In this document: positions 60,663-64,000 of the stretch, in pieces | Layout of the letters: every line of letters starts with the position of its first letter | Numbering within the stretch: position 1 is the stretch's first letter | Assembly (NCBI RefSeq): GCF_022045235.1 | Contig: NW_027266265.1 | Location: 36,456,001-36,520,000 of the forward strand | Source of the DNA: Haliotis cracherodii | Taxonomy: Eukaryota | DNA length: 64,000 bases | Direction: 5' to 3' | Made by a program: the position numbers and the translations under genes | Notes under the pieces: model-generated | What the model saw: the letters and a program-made list of their open reading frames with translations, nothing else | What the model was told of the DNA's origin: nothing | The model's database searches: none

Positions 60663-62717
60663 ATGGCTGCTAGGATCTTCATGCTATTTAGTTACATTGC
60701 ATTATATAATTTAGGAAGATGTACTTACACACCAACGACATGTGAGTATGACTTTTGGTTTGTTAAGACAGGATACTATCGGATTGAGATGCGCTGTCGG
60801 TTTCAAGTGATTTCAGGTGTGGTCTAGTCGTCTAAGGCGTCGCCTTGCTTGCCGTAAAAGGTGATTATGCTTGTCGTAAAAGGCGACTAACGGGATCGGG
60901 TGGTCAGGCTCGCTTACTTGGTTGATGCATGAGGATATTAATCACTGGATTGTCTGGTCCAGACTCGATTATTTTCAGACCGTCGTCATATAGCTGGAAT
61001 AGTGCTGAGTGCGGCGTTAAACAACAAACCAACCAACCAAAAATCTAAGGCGTCGCAATTAACTATACAGAGTTACGGACCTTTCTTGTGCCAGAGACCG
61101 GTGATCGTGGGTTCGAATCCCAAATTGTTCCTGCTTATGTTATTAGATTTGTAAACACCATACCCAAACTTGGGAGTTTCACCAAAGTCATACATTTCTG
61201 AAACCTGCATCACTTCGGGTTCAGTTGCACAGTATCCTGACACGTCGTGATATAATTGGAATTCTGTTCAAAGATGATCTGGGTCGGAAGAGATCTTCAG
61301 CAGTCCATGCTTGCCGTAAAAGGCGACTATGCTTGTCGTAAGAGACGACTAACGGGATTGGGTGATCAGCCTCGCTGACCTCTTGGCTGATTCTCGCCAA
61401 TCTTGTTACGTCAATGCCACGATTTTGTGCAATGTCTCTACCTATAGTACCCGGGAAGAACACGTCTTCGGCAACTCATGCTTAGCGTAAGAAACGACTA
61501 ACGGGATCGGGTGGTCAGGTTCGCTGACTTGGTTGATGCATGTCATCGTACCACAATTGCGTGGAAAGATGCTCATGTTGTTAATCACTGGATTGTCTGG
61601 CCCAGACTCGATTATTTACTGACCGCCGTCATAAAGCTGGATTATTGTTAAGTGCGGTGTTTAACAACAAACAAACAAACAAACAACTCAAAGCGGCGTT
61701 GTAACCAACTTTATGGCCAAACTATTATTGCTATTCCATGATATCGTTTCAGCAGATTTTACGTGTTACGGTCTGAGAGATCGTTTTAGAACATATAGTG
61801 ACGTCATTAACATGTGTAACATCAAAGATAACGGTAAAGTGAGTGAAGGTACCACATGTTTGTATATCTTCACGATTGTAGCTTTCAATTCCTCTTGAGG
61901 TGATGCAAAAGGAAGTTCTACATAATATGTTTGGGAAACATTTGTTGATATTGGAACTACAAGGGATCTGGGATCTACTGTCAAGTAGATGATTATTACT
62001 CCAGAATTACCCATTAATCTGCCTCCAGTTGGTGGATGTTTGAAAGAATTTGGACATAGAAGAGCTCTATGCTCTGCTCTATGCTTGGCTTATATGATTG
62101 GCTTTAATGCGCTGACAACTTGTGACAGTGAAGAGGACAAAGTGGTAAACGTCTGAGACCTGCATTACTTCGGGCTTTCCTCACACATTAAGTTGAATAC
62201 ACAGCTGGAATACTGTTAAACGCAGCTTTAAACTCACTCACTCACAAATGCTTGACCGAAATCAAGCTTTAGAAATAGATATAGAATGGATGATTTGGTT
62301 GACAGCGTGCCATGGTACTCCGATGACGTGGGACGTTGTTGGAACCTTAACGCTAAAACGCGTTAAACAACAAATGACGTTGAACAGAATGATCTAGTAC
62401 TGCTTCTCCTTATTGCTCATATTAATCACGGTAGAATTCATTAATACGTTTGTTATTGCTTTAAATATTATTTCTTCCAGATTATTTCGACCAGGAATGT
62501 GGCACCACAATAGACTTCACGAAAGACATGCTGCTAGAATTCACAGACAACGGTACAGAGACGGATTCGACAGAGATGTTTTGTACAGTTGTCGTCATGA
62601 CGAAGGAGTTGACACAGCGACTCCTCATAACTCCGCTCAGCATCAATTTAACGGCAAGTGACCTCTGCAACGAGACCTCACTGATCATCCTCAACTCAGA
62701 CGCGCAGCCGCTCAACG
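60663..62717 (+). CDS. Gene G (partial): sixth CUB-like/LDLa family paralogue, first two exons 60663-60741 and 62481-62717; remainder outside the window
   Basis: Signal exon MAARIFMLFSYIALYNLGRCTYTPTT (79 nt, phase 1, same TPxx ending as most paralogues). Exon 2 YYFDQECGTTIDFTKDMLLEF..FCTVVV..QRLLITPLSINL..LCNETSLIILNSD aligns with exon 2 of B-F. LDLa exon not seen. Confidence 0.8.
60815..61690 (+). mobile_element. Nested SINE cluster: family C copy interrupted by several family D copies
   Basis: D copy 60845-61041 bounded by TSD TCTAAGGCGTCGC inside the C head; more D pieces at 61270-61685. Confidence 0.8.
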
Positions 62718-63375
62718 GTAAGTGCAGAAAAACATCTTCTCCATTATAGTGTAGATTTGATGGTAAGTGCAGAAAATACATCTTCTACATTATAGTGTAG
62801 ACTTTATGGTAGGTGGTGAAATATATCTTATCCATTTTAGTGTAGATTTGATGGTAAGTGCAGCAATATATGTTCTCCATTATAGTATTATAGATTTGAT
62901 GGTAAGTACACATATATATCTTCTCCATTATAGTGTAGACTTTATGGTAAGTGCACACATATATCTTCTCCATTATAGTGTAGACTTTATGGTAAGTGCA
63001 CACATATATCTTCTCCATTATAGTGTAGACTTTATGGTAAGTGCACACATATATCTTCTCCAATATAGTGTAGACTTTATGGTAAAGGCACACGTATTTC
63101 TTCTCCATTATAGTGTAGACTTTATGGTAAGTGGTGAAATATATGTTGTCCATTATAGTGTAGACTTTATGGTAAGTGCACATATATCTTCTCCATTACA
63201 GAGTATACTTTATGGTAAGTGCACACATATATCTTCTCCATTATAGTGTAGATTTGATGGTCATTGGTGAAATATATCTTTTCCAATTAGTGTAGATTTG
63301 ATGGTAAGTGTTGAAATATATCTTCTCCATTATAGTGTAGACTTTATGGTCAGTGGTGAAATATATCTTCTCCAC
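62718..63375 (+). repeat. 45-bp minisatellite (~14 copies) starting exactly at the exon-2 splice donor of gene G
   Basis: Unit GTAAGTGCACACATATATCTTCTCCATTATAGTGTAGACTTTATG. Confidence 0.95.
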
Positions 63376-64000
63376 TTTTTATATTTTATTTAAAAAAAGG
63401 AAATTCCCGTTGCATATTACAATGTCAAAACATCTATAACTAAAAACAGATATGTTGTTATGCATACAAACTACACAAAACTAAACAGTTATCAACTAAA
63501 CAATGAATGACAATTTGACAAAACTGTGTTAAAGAACTTCGTGTTAGCATATTATAAAGATGCAGCGTATTTTGTCGAGTTATAACTTTGGGTAAATTAA
63601 GGCGGTGTGTTAAAACGTTTATATCTAAATTTTTTTATAAACAATGTACTTTGACAAAATGATTCGTTCATTTATTTTACCAAATATCAAATGGTTGGCC
63701 CCTAGCTCGCGAAACCATGTCCGCCACTGCACCACTAATCATGTATTTAATTCATAGATTGACTTGGATTGAGCATACATGTATATATCACTATTTTTTT
63801 AAAGAACTGTAAATAACATTGAACATAAAGAACGTGGCAGATATAGTACTGGAGCTCATAGCAACGTTTTGGTATTCTCAAAAGTTAAAGAAACGAATTA
63901 AAATTATGTAAATAGAGCGTTAGCAGTATTATGGCCACAGACACTGATGACGTCAAACCTCCGGACATCTAAGCGCCAAATTTCGAAAATGACAGACGAC

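Overview
Eukaryotic, intron-containing, repeat-rich DNA. The SINE, Penelope and MITE content suggests a mollusc, probably a gastropod such as abalone; this is inference only. I rebuilt eight spliced gene models by hand, and all have GT-AG junctions with consistent phases. (1) The last five exons of an unidentified + strand gene (894-5225). (2) A complete - strand gene (9392-15284) for a 382-aa secreted protein: signal peptide + CBM6/35-like beta-sandwich + sushi/CCP + galectin-like domain. (3) A tandem array of six paralogues encoding signal peptide + CUB-like + LDL-receptor class A (LDLa) proteins. Five are complete four-exon genes on the - strand (B-F, 17901-57056) and one is a divergently transcribed partial copy (G, from 60663). 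The paralogues share an all-phase-1 exon plan but differ in the last exon: GPI-like tail, mucin stalk plus GPI-like tail, or TM helix with a C-terminal YxxPhi motif. Paralogue D looks like a C/E chimera. Non-coding DNA holds dozens of copies of four short retroposon families with a shared 3' tail; one family has no tRNA head and starts with a predicted pseudoknot. It also holds Penelope-like RT fragments, a hammerhead-core palindrome, Tc1/pogo/hAT/Harbinger-type elements, and minisatellites, two of which amplify a real 5' splice site. Most ORFs in the supplied track are artefacts of repeats. No database search was possible, so domain names come from motif recognition.
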